Shown: positions 9,123-19,526 of the stretch, piece by piece
Layout of the letters: every line of letters begins with the position of its first letter
Numbering within the stretch: position 1 is the first letter of the stretch
Source: Promethearchaeota archaeon
Lineage (GTDB): Archaea > Asgardarchaeota > Lokiarchaeia > Sigyniarchaeales > SOKP01
DNA: 64,000 bases
Direction of reading: 5' to 3'
NCBI GenBank assembly: GCA_019058365.1
Contig: JAHPZE010000002.1
Coordinates: forward strand, 64,001-128,000
Notes under the pieces: generated by a model
What the model saw: the letters and a program-made list of their open reading frames with translations, nothing else
Told to the model about the DNA's origin: nothing
The model's database searches: none
Translations under genes and position numbers: made by a program

Positions 9123-10657
9123 TTCTGATAAATTGCATATTTATCATCTAAAATTTTCTTTAAATTGTTAGGAAGGTTAAATTTTCTAGCATAAAAATCA
9201 AAAATAGTATCATCAATTACTTTCTGCTCTTTATTATAATCATACTTGGAGTTTTTTTCTTTACATTTAATAATTGTATCCACTAATTTTTCTACTTTTT
9301 CTTTAATTTCCTTTTCGGGTTCTATAAAAGGGATGGCATGGATTCCAGTAATTTGGATACTACTAGTATTATTGATAATTCCCTTGGCAAGGTAATTATA
9401 TAACGAGCTATTAAGCAAACCTAACATATAGCCAATTGAAACAAATTTACTTTTAATTATAAATCCAATTGCTTTATTAGAATCCCAATAGCATCCCCTT
9501 GGCATATAACGTGCTGCTAATCTTGAACTTACTCCGCTTATTATTATCCCTTCTTCTTCAAACGGTACATTTTTTGGAATATCATAAATTTTTATAGCTT
9601 CCTCACTCCAATCTAAGGCTTCCATGATTGGTCGATAATACTGGTCGGCGCCACCTCGTTTTAAATAAGGCTTCCATTTAATGTTTTCTAAACCCGATCT
9701 CTTAATAATTTTGAATTTATTTTGCGAATCATTAATCTTCATGTTTCTATTATTAAACAACTCAGCTAGTTCTGTGCCCTCAATAGCAGCAATATATTTT
9801 CTATTATTATGTGTGTGCATTCCTATAAAACCCTTTAAGTATTCTTCTAATTTAGGAGCTTTTTCAAATAATTCAATAACTTTTTCATCAACATCGGTAT
9901 AAAAAATGTTAAATGGTAAAAAATTATACTTGAATTGCTTTATTTGATTAACATTTGGAGGAGATTGGTAGTCTTCCTCATTATCTATTCGAGGAATTAT
10001 CCTCATTAAATTATTATCTCTGTTAACTTTATTTTTCTGACCTGAACATTTTGTTAAAATTATAATTGCAGGGCTAGTACTTACATTTTGATTAGAAAAC
10101 AAATTTTTTGGTGCTAAAAGAATTTCGTTAATTTTACAGGTATTAAGGATAAATCTTCTTAGCTTTTTATGGGTACTTAGAGTCAAGAACGAATCACTGG
10201 TGATAAAACCAAGTTTTCCTCCCTCTTTTAATCTCCAAATACTATTAACAATAAACATTGCATAGGTTTCATGAGCATTTATTTTCCCATATATTTTTTG
10301 TAGTTTTGCTTTGTTTGTACGAATATATTTACTTGTCTTGTTTAAATACGGTGGATTGCCCACAATAAAATCAAATTCATTATATGAGTCAGGATATAAA
10401 GCTAGAAGTGTATCTTGCTCCTTAAAGAAAATACCTAATCTTTTTATTTCAATTTTAAAGTTTGAATTTATATCATAAGCAAATATTTGATTTTTATTAA
10501 TTCCAGATTCTAGTAACTTCTTTATAAAAATACCTGGTCCTGCACACGGGTCCATAATTTTGTGATCTTCTTGAATTCCTCCTAATCTTGACATAATATA
10601 TTCTACAGTATTAGGAGGAGTAATAACTATTCCTAAATCCTTATTATTATACTGGAT
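9119..10657 (-). CDS. N6-adenine DNA methyltransferase (gamma class, TaqI/Eco57I-like), orphan
   Basis: DPCAGPGIF (motif I), VGNPPY (motif IV), TaqI-like C-terminus. Motif X (KDLGIVITPPNTVEYIM) lies upstream of ATG 10594, so the start is proposed at ATC 10657. Confidence 0.85.
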   Translation of the reverse strand: MQYNNKDLGIVITPPNTVEYIMSRLGGIQEDHKIMDPCAGPGIFIKKLLESGINKNQIFAYDINSNFKIEIKRLGIFFKEQDTLLALYPDSYNEFDFIVGNPPYLNKTSKYIRTNKAKLQKIYGKINAHETYAMFIVNSIWRLKEGGKLGFITSDSFLTLSTHKKLRRFILNTCKINEILLAPKNLFSNQNVSTSPAIIILTKCSGQKNKVNRDNNLMRIIPRIDNEEDYQSPPNVNQIKQFKYNFLPFNIFYTDVDEKVIELFEKAPKLEEYLKGFIGMHTHNNRKYIAAIEGTELAELFNNRNMKINDSQNKFKIIKRSGLENIKWKPYLKRGGADQYYRPIMEALDWSEEAIKIYDIPKNVPFEEEGIIISGVSSRLAARYMPRGCYWDSNKAIGFIIKSKFVSIGYMLGLLNSSLYNYLAKGIINNTSSIQITGIHAIPFIEPEKEIKEKVEKLVDTIIKCKEKNSKYDYNKEQKVIDDTIFDFYARKFNLPNNLKKILDDKYAIYQN

Positions 10658-10674
10658 AACTAATCAGCGCTCTA

Positions 10675-11835
10675 TTATTGTTTATTTAAATTAATATCAA
10701 CTTCACTTAATAGGACTGTATAAAATTGGCAGAGTTTCTTCAATATATTTATATCAATTTTATCCAGATCATCGTCTTCAGAATGAACATAATTATAAGT
10801 GCTTTTGTCTCCATTACCAAGTCCCTTGAATTTTTTATTTAATAGAAATAATCCATCACTATATGTACCAATGTAAAACCTGTGTGTTTTCTTCTCTAAA
10901 CTCATTATATCTTTATTTTCTAAAATATAATTAAAAGATTTATAATTTTTATTATTAAGTAGACCATGATCCCATAGATTTACTTTTTTAGCGATAGAGT
11001 CAAAGTTGATTATGAAAGTCTTATCTCTATCAAAATCTTTGATATTATTATAAAAATTTCTTACACCCATAGTCCCAGATTCTTCTGCGCCAGTAAATAC
11101 AAACCACAAATGATAATTATTGAGTATATTTTTTGGATTTGAATAATAATGTAGCAGTTCTAAAACACATGATATTCCAGAAGCATTATCTATAGCTCCT
11201 TTAGATTTATTATTAGTTTTATTTATCCAAAGTATAACAGTAGCTCCAAGATTAATACTTATGATCAAAATTGCAAATATATTTATTAAAAAGAAATCTT
11301 CAGTTAAGAAAAAAGAATTTAAGATGGTAATTAAAAGACCTAGGGAAAAAGTGATAATCCATATATAATACAACTGGATACGAATTTTTATTGAGAATGT
11401 CTGGCCTTTTGAATCTAAATGTGAAAATAGGAAAATATTATAATCTGAGATTTCATTCTTAGCCTGAGATGGTAGTTTCACAAATAAATTCTGAGAATGA
11501 TATTCATGCAGTACTTTAATTGTTTCTGGATTCCGAGTATATAAAATTAGAATCAAAATTAAAATGAATATCAAAAATAGATTAACTATATTGAAAACTA
11601 AATTAAAATTCAAAACTAAAACCACAATAAACCAACTTAGTAATGTTAAAGCAACTTTCGGATAAATTCTTGAATAGAAAATACTAAAAGAAAATTCTTG
11701 AACTATCGGTGAAAGACTTAGATCTTCTATTTTATTTTTACCAATATTGAATGATCTCTTCTCAAAGTCAGTTCCAGATAACCTTGGAAAAGAAAATTCT
11801 TTTAAATTTTTCAATATACGCGTTTCATCAATCAT
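10675..11835 (-). CDS. Membrane-bound M28-family zinc peptidase
   Basis: SHLDSK, GAIDNASG, TGAEESGTMG, NFDSI, VHSEDD plus TM hairpins. Confidence 0.82.
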   Translation of the reverse strand: MIDETRILKNLKEFSFPRLSGTDFEKRSFNIGKNKIEDLSLSPIVQEFSFSIFYSRIYPKVALTLLSWFIVVLVLNFNLVFNIVNLFLIFILILILILYTRNPETIKVLHEYHSQNLFVKLPSQAKNEISDYNIFLFSHLDSKGQTFSIKIRIQLYYIWIITFSLGLLITILNSFFLTEDFFLINIFAILIISINLGATVILWINKTNNKSKGAIDNASGISCVLELLHYYSNPKNILNNYHLWFVFTGAEESGTMGVRNFYNNIKDFDRDKTFIINFDSIAKKVNLWDHGLLNNKNYKSFNYILENKDIMSLEKKTHRFYIGTYSDGLFLLNKKFKGLGNGDKSTYNYVHSEDDDLDKIDINILKKLCQFYTVLLSEVDINLNKQ

Positions 11836-11846
11836 AATTTAAAAAT

Positions 11847-13514
11847 TTATTGTAGATATGCTCCATATTTTGCTGAGCTTACGATTTTTCTATAAATGTT
11901 TAAATAACCAGTTTCAATTTTTACTTCAGGTTTTTCCCATTCGTTTAACCGGTTCTCAATTTCTCCTTGAGGGATTAATAAGTCTAATTTTCGATTATCA
12001 ATATCAATTTCTATCATATCACCGTTATGAACTATTGCAATTGGGCCTCCTTCAATTGCTTCAGGACACACATGCCCTATACAAGGACCTCTCGTAGCTC
12101 CAGAGTATCTTCCATCGGTTATCATTGCTACTGAATCACTTAAACCCATACCTACTAAAATAGCTGCTGGAATTGATAATTCTCTCATTCCTGGAGAACC
12201 TTTAGGGCCTTCATAGCGAATAACTAATACATTACCTTCTTCGATTTTATTTAACAATAAAGCATCTTTCAAATCTTCCTCACATTCAAAGACTTTAGCA
12301 GGACCTTTATGATATCTCATTTTGGGATCAATAGCACTTTGTTTTATTATAGCTCCTTCAGGTGCTAAACTCCCTTTTAATACAGCAATTGCTCCCTCAC
12401 TTGAGATTGGATCGTTTAAGTTCCTTATAATTTGGAAATCGGTAAAATCCACATTTTTAAGATAATCCTTAAGTGTTAATCCTAGAACAGTTTTTGTTGA
12501 TAAATTCAACAACTTTGATAATTTTTTCATTAAAACTTTAACACCACCAGCTTCATGGAACTCAGAGAGATTGTATTCTGATGCTGGTTTGAACTTGGCT
12601 AGAAGCGGAACTGATTTGCTGATTTTATCGAAATCAAAATGGTTTAGATTACCACCTATTTCATGAGATAACGCACATAAATGTAGGACCATATTAGTAG
12701 ATCCACCAAATGATAATGCAACCTTAATTGCATTTTCAATTGAATCATGAGTTATTATATCTAAAACCTTTATTCCTTTTTCAATTAAGTTCATGATCGT
12801 TTTACCTGTGTGTTTGCATAATTCTATTCGTTCCTCACTAACAGCACTCAATGTTGCACAATCTGGTAAAGAAAGACCCATTGTTTCCACGATACAAGCC
12901 ATAGTATTGGCAGTACCCATCATATTACAAGCTCCAGGAGAACAACATGTTTCTGATTCAATGAGAAAAAAATCTTCTTTTGATATTAAACCTGCATTAT
13001 ATTTTCCAATTGCTTCTTTAATATCAGATGTTACATAAGTTTGACCTTTAAGAGATCCATCTTGAAACGTTTTAGGAAGCATAATTCCTCCAGTTAAAAA
13101 GATTGTCGGAATATTACATCTAGCTGCTGCTAAAAGCATCCCTGGTATAATTTTATCACAAGTACATATCATTACCATCCCATCAAAATCATAGGCTTTA
13201 ATAGTACATTCAATCGAAGCTGCAATTATATCTCTCGAAGGTAGAATATATTTTGAAAAATTTCCAGAATTAGCTATTCCATCACATGGAGCAATAGTAT
13301 TAAATTCCATAGGAGTACCACCAGCTTGTTTGACACCTTCTTTAACAAATCCAGCTAATTTACGTAAGTGTATATGTCCCGGATTAATTTCATTCCATGA
13401 ATTTACTATTGCAACTTTTGGTTTTTGTAACTCTTCGTAAGAATAACCACATCCGCGATATAGAGCACGTTCATATGCTTTTTTTGGATCTAATTCTTTT
13501 ATATTTGATAACAT
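11847..13514 (-). CDS. ilvD: Dihydroxy-acid dehydratase (IlvD/Edd family)
   Basis: [58 protein letters not shown]. Confidence 0.9.
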   Translation of the reverse strand: MLSNIKELDPKKAYERALYRGCGYSYEELQKPKVAIVNSWNEINPGHIHLRKLAGFVKEGVKQAGGTPMEFNTIAPCDGIANSGNFSKYILPSRDIIAASIECTIKAYDFDGMVMICTCDKIIPGMLLAAARCNIPTIFLTGGIMLPKTFQDGSLKGQTYVTSDIKEAIGKYNAGLISKEDFFLIESETCCSPGACNMMGTANTMACIVETMGLSLPDCATLSAVSEERIELCKHTGKTIMNLIEKGIKVLDIITHDSIENAIKVALSFGGSTNMVLHLCALSHEIGGNLNHFDFDKISKSVPLLAKFKPASEYNLSEFHEAGGVKVLMKKLSKLLNLSTKTVLGLTLKDYLKNVDFTDFQIIRNLNDPISSEGAIAVLKGSLAPEGAIIKQSAIDPKMRYHKGPAKVFECEEDLKDALLLNKIEEGNVLVIRYEGPKGSPGMRELSIPAAILVGMGLSDSVAMITDGRYSGATRGPCIGHVCPEAIEGGPIAIVHNGDMIEIDIDNRKLDLLIPQGEIENRLNEWEKPEVKIETGYLNIYRKIVSSAKYGAYLQ

Positions 13515-13596
13515 TGAGATTTATAAAAATATTTAATTAATGAAATTTCCCATAATAAATCAATTTCTCAAGAAATGATTAAATAATCATGTGTAT

Positions 13597-14499
13597 TTAA
13601 TCATTAATAATAGGATTTTTATCCATGCAAGGAACTCCAAATTGACAAAATGCGCATCCAACTGGATATGTAGGAGGCCTTAATTTCCTATTCACACAAC
13701 GAATGTGGGGTTTTAATATTGGCCCTATTTTTGCTATTATTTTTCTTGCTACTTTTTGCCCATATTCATAACATTTTATTTTATCGTGGCCATTTTCATC
13801 GATAGCATTAGCTGGACATCTCTCTTCACATTCTCTACAAATCCCTTTTGCATAATATAAGCAATTTCCATAAGGGTTATCACTCTTTCTTGTAGTAATT
13901 TTGAGTGGAGCATCAGTAACAACAGAAGCTAGTCTAATATTACAACCAACATCAGTAATTAGCCCCTCATGCAAACTAAATGTTCCTAAGCCCGTTGCAA
14001 AAGCTATATGGCGTTCTGACCATGTTGAGTAAAAATTTTTCTTTAAAATTATAGAAAAGGATTTACTCAACATCCCAGCTATAGCCTTATAACCGTTACC
14101 TTCAAAAAATCCGATAATCTGTCTACATGTTTCTTGTTTAAAAGAATTAGCATAATTTCTTCCTACAGAATAAATTTCAGCTGGAACTATCACTCTTGAT
14201 AACTTTTTTATATTTTTACTTTCATTGCGGATTTTATCAACAAATGGAAATACGATTGATAAAATTCGGAGTTTAGAAGCTTCTATCGTTTCTTGATCCT
14301 CTGCTAACCATAACTCAAGAGGAGTTAAATGTTCAGGTCCAACGACTTCTTTAAATTTTTGAAAAATTGGATCGTCTCCTTGGGCAACTCCAACTTTTGG
14401 ATTAGAAAAAATTCTGCCTCCACCATAATTTTCTTGGAGGCGATTAAGCTTACTTGTTTCAAAAAATGACTCAAGATACGAATATATTTCATTAATCAA
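13597..14499 (-). CDS. QueG/reductive-dehalogenase-like Fe-S (probably cobalamin) oxidoreductase
   Basis: WSERHIAFATGLGTF, GCNIRLASVVTD, C...CRECEERCP, C...GCAFCQFGVPC. Confidence 0.75.
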   Translation of the reverse strand: MINEIYSYLESFFETSKLNRLQENYGGGRIFSNPKVGVAQGDDPIFQKFKEVVGPEHLTPLELWLAEDQETIEASKLRILSIVFPFVDKIRNESKNIKKLSRVIVPAEIYSVGRNYANSFKQETCRQIIGFFEGNGYKAIAGMLSKSFSIILKKNFYSTWSERHIAFATGLGTFSLHEGLITDVGCNIRLASVVTDAPLKITTRKSDNPYGNCLYYAKGICRECEERCPANAIDENGHDKIKCYEYGQKVARKIIAKIGPILKPHIRCVNRKLRPPTYPVGCAFCQFGVPCMDKNPIIND

Positions 14500-14725
14500 A
14501 AAAAATTACCATTTCTTATATAGTAGATAAAAATAATTTATAGGGAGATTTTATAAACTTAATTAAAAAATATACTTTTAAGTGTTTTATAAAGAATATC
14601 TTGTAATATTATTTCTTATTGTTGCTAAAAATATATCCAATATTGTCATATACTATAATCTTGAATTAACGATTAGGTCATAATTAAAGGTTTTAATTTT
14701 TCTGAAATTTAATATATAATTATCT

Positions 14726-15775
14726 TTATTTAAGTAGATTCTTAATGAATTCACCTAAAAATGCCTCTAAACTGTTCTTTAAATCATTAATCCAAGCGGA
14801 ACCATCTAATTCTTTGGTTTTAAATGAATTTGTATTTTGATTTAAAACAATTGAAATTTCGGATTCTAATCTTTCTTTAGGGTTAGCTTCCTTAAATTCC
14901 TCTGTTAAACCAAAATAAATATAGTCTGCAAGATTTTTTATTAAAATTTCTATGAATTCTTCAAATTTATATATCATACCAAATTGAAAATATGATGAAA
15001 GAAATTGTGTAATTGACATTTCGAGTTCTCGTTTTGGAATTTCATTTTTATTAAAGCAATAAAACTTTATTAATCGTTCTATCATTGTTCCATCAAATCT
15101 TATTTTTGTAGTGTTTAATATTTTTTTTTCTTCCTTTGGAGTTATGATCTGTGCTAATTTCGACGTAGATACTTCATTATAGTCATTTTGAATAATCTCT
15201 GATAATCCTGAACGTAGGGTAAATAAGTTAGTATTGATTCTTTCATTGTTATAAAAAATTGTTGGAACTTTTGGTTGATGTTCTTCAAGAATTTCATTTA
15301 GACTTGGAGTTTTTCTATTAAAAGGTAAGAAAAAAATTTCATATAGCGTGCTAAATTCAAACTCTTTCATATCTTTTTTGAATATTTTTCTTATATATTC
15401 ATCGTAATCAAGAAAAAACAAAGAAATACAGTCATCAAGTGCAGTATAGTAATCAGCATATTGTTCTTTAATAAGATACTTCTTATATTCTGACCTGAAA
15501 TGATTAGCTCGGATCCACTCAAAAGCAAGATCTAAAACACTCTTCTCTTTAATAATTTTGTTTTTATAATAGTTTATTGTATCTATAACCTCTAAAGTTG
15601 AGGGTCTAATTGATTGGTTAACAAGAAATTGAGCTATGATTTCGATTGTAGATGAAGAATTGGATTGGTTTTCAATTCTCTTGTAATAACTCAGTAGACG
15701 TTCTTTATCAATACTTATTGCGTGTTTAAAGCTATATTTTTCCAAGATCTTTACACTCTTAATATTTTTAATCAA
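14726..15775 (-). CDS. Hypothetical protein
   Basis: 349-aa ORF overlapping the upstream gene by 4 nt (TTGA). Confidence 0.7.
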   Translation of the reverse strand: MIKNIKSVKILEKYSFKHAISIDKERLLSYYKRIENQSNSSSTIEIIAQFLVNQSIRPSTLEVIDTINYYKNKIIKEKSVLDLAFEWIRANHFRSEYKKYLIKEQYADYYTALDDCISLFFLDYDEYIRKIFKKDMKEFEFSTLYEIFFLPFNRKTPSLNEILEEHQPKVPTIFYNNERINTNLFTLRSGLSEIIQNDYNEVSTSKLAQIITPKEEKKILNTTKIRFDGTMIERLIKFYCFNKNEIPKRELEMSITQFLSSYFQFGMIYKFEEFIEILIKNLADYIYFGLTEEFKEANPKERLESEISIVLNQNTNSFKTKELDGSAWINDLKNSLEAFLGEFIKNLLK

Positions 15776-16806
15776 CTTTCATTATCAAGGATATTATGTA
15801 TTTTTAAAAGAGAATCTGATGAATTTAGGTTCCATTTTTCAAAAGGGTTAATATTTGGATTAATTTCTATTACGGTTTCCTCAAAATTTTTGTTTTTATC
15901 CAAAACAAGTCGTATTTTTTGCTTATAAAAAGTTTCATCATTTGAATTCTTAAATTTACTATCAGTATTGATTAAAATTAAACCGTAACTCTTTTTTTCA
16001 TCTTTGTTAATTAAAAATTCTTCCAAATATAAAACTTTTTTATTCTGATAACTTAAATCAATTAACCGTATACTTGGAATAATGTTAGTTCTATTAAACA
16101 TTTTTAATGTCTCAACAATTCGATCTTCATAATAATCTGGTAATATTGCCATAATATAATAAGATGGAATAGAAGAGAGATATTTATTCTTTAATGGATC
16201 ATCATAATCAAAAGTATAAAGATTAGATACATTTGAATCTTTAGATTCTATTCTTTCTGTTATCCCTATACAATAGTAATTCTGTTTTTTCTTCCAATAC
16301 ATCTTTCTAGCTGAACCGAGAGAATGTTCAATAAGGTTTATACCTCTAGTTAGTTCATTATCAATAAAACTAGTAAAGTCAAATTTATCTTTATTAATAT
16401 ATTCATTTACAATTTTTCCTTGTATAATATTTGGATGAATGTATCTAATTAATTTTTGGTATATTAATTCAACATCTTCCGTATAGGGCGAACCGATGAT
16501 TGTGAACAGGTTTGTTTTAATCTCATCAGAAAATATTGATGAATTAAGACATGTAAAAGATTGAATAATTTCACTTTCTTTAATTTTTTTAAGTGATATT
16601 AACGTTGACTCAACTCTATTTAATGTCCATTCCCTTTCAGGAATCATTCCTTCAGAAAGGAGTAATGGTCCTAGAAACCTTAATGAGAGTACCCTAATTG
16701 CTGATTTACTCTCGTCAGATGATAACTCATTATATTTTATTTTATCAAAAACTCGTTTTTCTTCATCAGAGTAGAATAAACCCAAAATTAAATTTTTCTC
16801 TTGCAT
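15772..16806 (-). CDS. Hypothetical protein
   Basis: 344-aa ORF coupled to the downstream ORF. Confidence 0.7.
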   Translation of the reverse strand: MQEKNLILGLFYSDEEKRVFDKIKYNELSSDESKSAIRVLSLRFLGPLLLSEGMIPEREWTLNRVESTLISLKKIKESEIIQSFTCLNSSIFSDEIKTNLFTIIGSPYTEDVELIYQKLIRYIHPNIIQGKIVNEYINKDKFDFTSFIDNELTRGINLIEHSLGSARKMYWKKKQNYYCIGITERIESKDSNVSNLYTFDYDDPLKNKYLSSIPSYYIMAILPDYYEDRIVETLKMFNRTNIIPSIRLIDLSYQNKKVLYLEEFLINKDEKKSYGLILINTDSKFKNSNDETFYKQKIRLVLDKNKNFEETVIEINPNINPFEKWNLNSSDSLLKIHNILDNES

Positions 16807-17092
16807 CTAATTTTATGTAATCCTGATATATTTTTTTCTAAATTTAATAAGGAAATTTATATTAAAAAATGCATTATTTAAAATTTCTAATTAAGAATAA
16901 TGGTTTTTTTACAAACAGATTTTCTTAAATTTAGGATCATTGAACAATGTTGAAAATCATTTTAGAGTTTTTTAATAACAGTACCCATAAATCCTTAATT
17001 CATTAGAAATAATTTCCAATTAGCTATAATTAACTATTTTTATCAAGAGGGATTATATAAATTTAATTAATTATTCTACTTTTGAATATTTC

Positions 17093-18193
17093 ATGTTGAA
17101 AGTTGGGTTAATTGGGACTGGTGTTATCTTTGACCTAAATGTTTTAGGATATTTAAACCGAGAAGATGTAAAAATTACTTGTTTATGCAATAGGACTATT
17201 GAAAAAGCCAAACAAAAAAAAGAAAAATTCAATTTAGATCCTAATATTTCTATCTATTCGGATTATAAGGAAATGATAGATAAGGAGGATTTAGATATTG
17301 TAGAAATACTTTTACCACATCATCTCCACGCTGATGCTACTATTCAAGCTGCTCAAAAAGGAATAAAAGGAATTTCTGTTCAAAAACCAATTGCTTTAAC
17401 TTTAGAAGAAGCTGATAAGATGATTAATACTTGTAAAAAATCAGGATCAATTCTCTCGATTTATGAGAATTTCGTTTTTGCCCCTCATATAATGAAAGCA
17501 AAAGAATTATTAGATAATGATTACATTGGTGATCCCTCATCAATTCGGATTAAGACCGCAATAGGCGCTAAAGGTGGTTGGAAAATCCCAGAAGGTGCAG
17601 AAATATGGAGAAAAGATCCAAAAAAAATTGGGGGAGGGCAAAATGGTTCTCCAATTCTCTTCGATAATGGATGGCATGCTTTTTCTTTAGCGACGTGGTT
17701 TTTTGAAGAAGATATTGAAAAGGTTTTTGCATGGGCAGGTAATTATCGAGGTCTCGATGCTCCCGCATATGTAATGTTCAAATATAAGCAAAGTAAAGAA
17801 TATGTGGTTCCTCAATATGGTAATATGGAATTTACATTATTACCGGAAATGAATTTCTCAGATTCAAAATATTATCCTGTTGATGAATTCATTGAAATCA
17901 TCGGTAGCCGTGGAATAATGAAGATAAACCAAGGTACATCAATAGGTAATAAAATGTCGGATTCTGAAATATTTCCCCCCATCGTAATTATAAGAGATGG
18001 CAAGATAGAAACATTTAAGGATTTTGAAAAAGATTGGAAACATAGCTTTATTAATGCTACGAATTATTTCATTGAAGTAGTAAAAAATAATAAAGAACCA
18101 AAACTTTCTGGTGAACAAGCAAGATCTATATTGAAATTTAATCTAGCTGCTATTAAATCCGTTGAGCAAGGAAAAGAAATATATCTAGATTAA
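17093..18193 (+). CDS. Gfo/Idh/MocA family NAD(P)-dependent oxidoreductase
   Basis: KVGLIGTG, PHHLH, VQKPIA, YENF, DNGWH. Confidence 0.9.
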   Translation: MLKVGLIGTGVIFDLNVLGYLNREDVKITCLCNRTIEKAKQKKEKFNLDPNISIYSDYKEMIDKEDLDIVEILLPHHLHADATIQAAQKGIKGISVQKPIALTLEEADKMINTCKKSGSILSIYENFVFAPHIMKAKELLDNDYIGDPSSIRIKTAIGAKGGWKIPEGAEIWRKDPKKIGGGQNGSPILFDNGWHAFSLATWFFEEDIEKVFAWAGNYRGLDAPAYVMFKYKQSKEYVVPQYGNMEFTLLPEMNFSDSKYYPVDEFIEIIGSRGIMKINQGTSIGNKMSDSEIFPPIVIIRDGKIETFKDFEKDWKHSFINATNYFIEVVKNNKEPKLSGEQARSILKFNLAAIKSVEQGKEIYLD

Positions 18194-18197
18194 AAAA

Positions 18198-19463
18198 TTA
18201 TTCTAATAATAGATCTTTATCATATTTCAATTCTTTATGAATTAAACCTGCTTGTATCCCCTTTTTAAAATCTTTTCTTATTCTTGAAAAATATTTATGT
18301 AATACAGCGCCATTGATCTCTTTAGGTTCCTCAACTAAGCATGAACGGTTTAATTCATTTTCAGAAGTCATTTCTTCCCAAAAAACATCTCTTTTTTGTT
18401 GATCTGAGATGTGTGCCATTTTAGCAAAAATAGATAGGTTTTTCCCTTGCTCTCCGTTATATAAAGGTTCTCCTCCACTTTTTATAACTTCAATAAAATG
18501 TTCAGTTGAATTTATAAAAGAATATCTCCAATCTCTTGGGAGATCATTTCCATATGTGTTTACTTCTCCATTAGTATATACAATAATAGGAGGAAACTGT
18601 GGACTTTTTGAAATAAAATTACCTCCACAAGTACATTGATTTATCCACATTAGACCTTTTGTACCAGATATTTCAATATATTCATCACATACATAATAGT
18701 TTGTAGGGTAATATAGATTAGGAGCTATAGTAATCTCAAAAATGCCAAATCTAGGAGCTTTATCTACATATCTGCTTGGATATTGCCAAAGAATATAACT
18801 TGGTCCATCCCAGACTGCAGAAAAATAATCAATCCAACTATAAACTTTTTCAACTCGATCTTGACCCATTAACCAGAGCGCCATTGAAAATTTATGAATT
18901 CCATCATCATAAACCCATGGCCCTCCCCCACAAATATCAAATTTTCGACGCCATCCAATTGATTTTAGATCTCTTGGCATACTAGGACCTCCTGCATTAA
19001 TCGAATTAATTCTAAAATTCGTCAAATCTCCAATAATTCCATTATTTAGTAATTCTTTTGCTCGTAAATATACAGGATAGAATCGAAAATTTTCATATAC
19101 TTTTAATTTCACTTTCTCATCTTCACAAACTCTTATCATTTTTTCACAATCTGTTAATGTATGAGCCATTGGCTTTTGAACTGAAATACCTCTGACTCCC
19201 GCTTTAGCACAATATTCTGTCATAGGTCCATGAAGATGATGTGGAGTTAAAATTTCAACAATATCTAAATCTTCCCGATTAACCATTTCTCTATAATTCG
19301 GGTATATCTTTATAGTTCTTAATCCCCATTGTTCTAATTTATCCCTAGCTTTCTTAATATCCGTATCAGAAACAGCAACAATTTCTGTATCTTGTGAATG
19401 GAGATAACCCATAACATTTAAATTGGCGATATCACCACAACCTATTATTCCAACTCTTAACAT
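18198..19463 (-). CDS. Gfo/Idh/MocA family oxidoreductase (paralog of 17093-18193)
   Basis: RVGIIGCG, PHHLH, VQKPMA, YENFRF, DDGIH. Confidence 0.9.
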   Translation of the reverse strand: MLRVGIIGCGDIANLNVMGYLHSQDTEIVAVSDTDIKKARDKLEQWGLRTIKIYPNYREMVNREDLDIVEILTPHHLHGPMTEYCAKAGVRGISVQKPMAHTLTDCEKMIRVCEDEKVKLKVYENFRFYPVYLRAKELLNNGIIGDLTNFRINSINAGGPSMPRDLKSIGWRRKFDICGGGPWVYDDGIHKFSMALWLMGQDRVEKVYSWIDYFSAVWDGPSYILWQYPSRYVDKAPRFGIFEITIAPNLYYPTNYYVCDEYIEISGTKGLMWINQCTCGGNFISKSPQFPPIIVYTNGEVNTYGNDLPRDWRYSFINSTEHFIEVIKSGGEPLYNGEQGKNLSIFAKMAHISDQQKRDVFWEEMTSENELNRSCLVEEPKEINGAVLHKYFSRIRKDFKKGIQAGLIHKELKYDKDLLLE

Positions 19464-19526
19464 AATCTCAAAAGTTCAAATTATAATTTAATTTTTATTA
19501 ATTTAGTCTATAAAAAGAATGTAATT

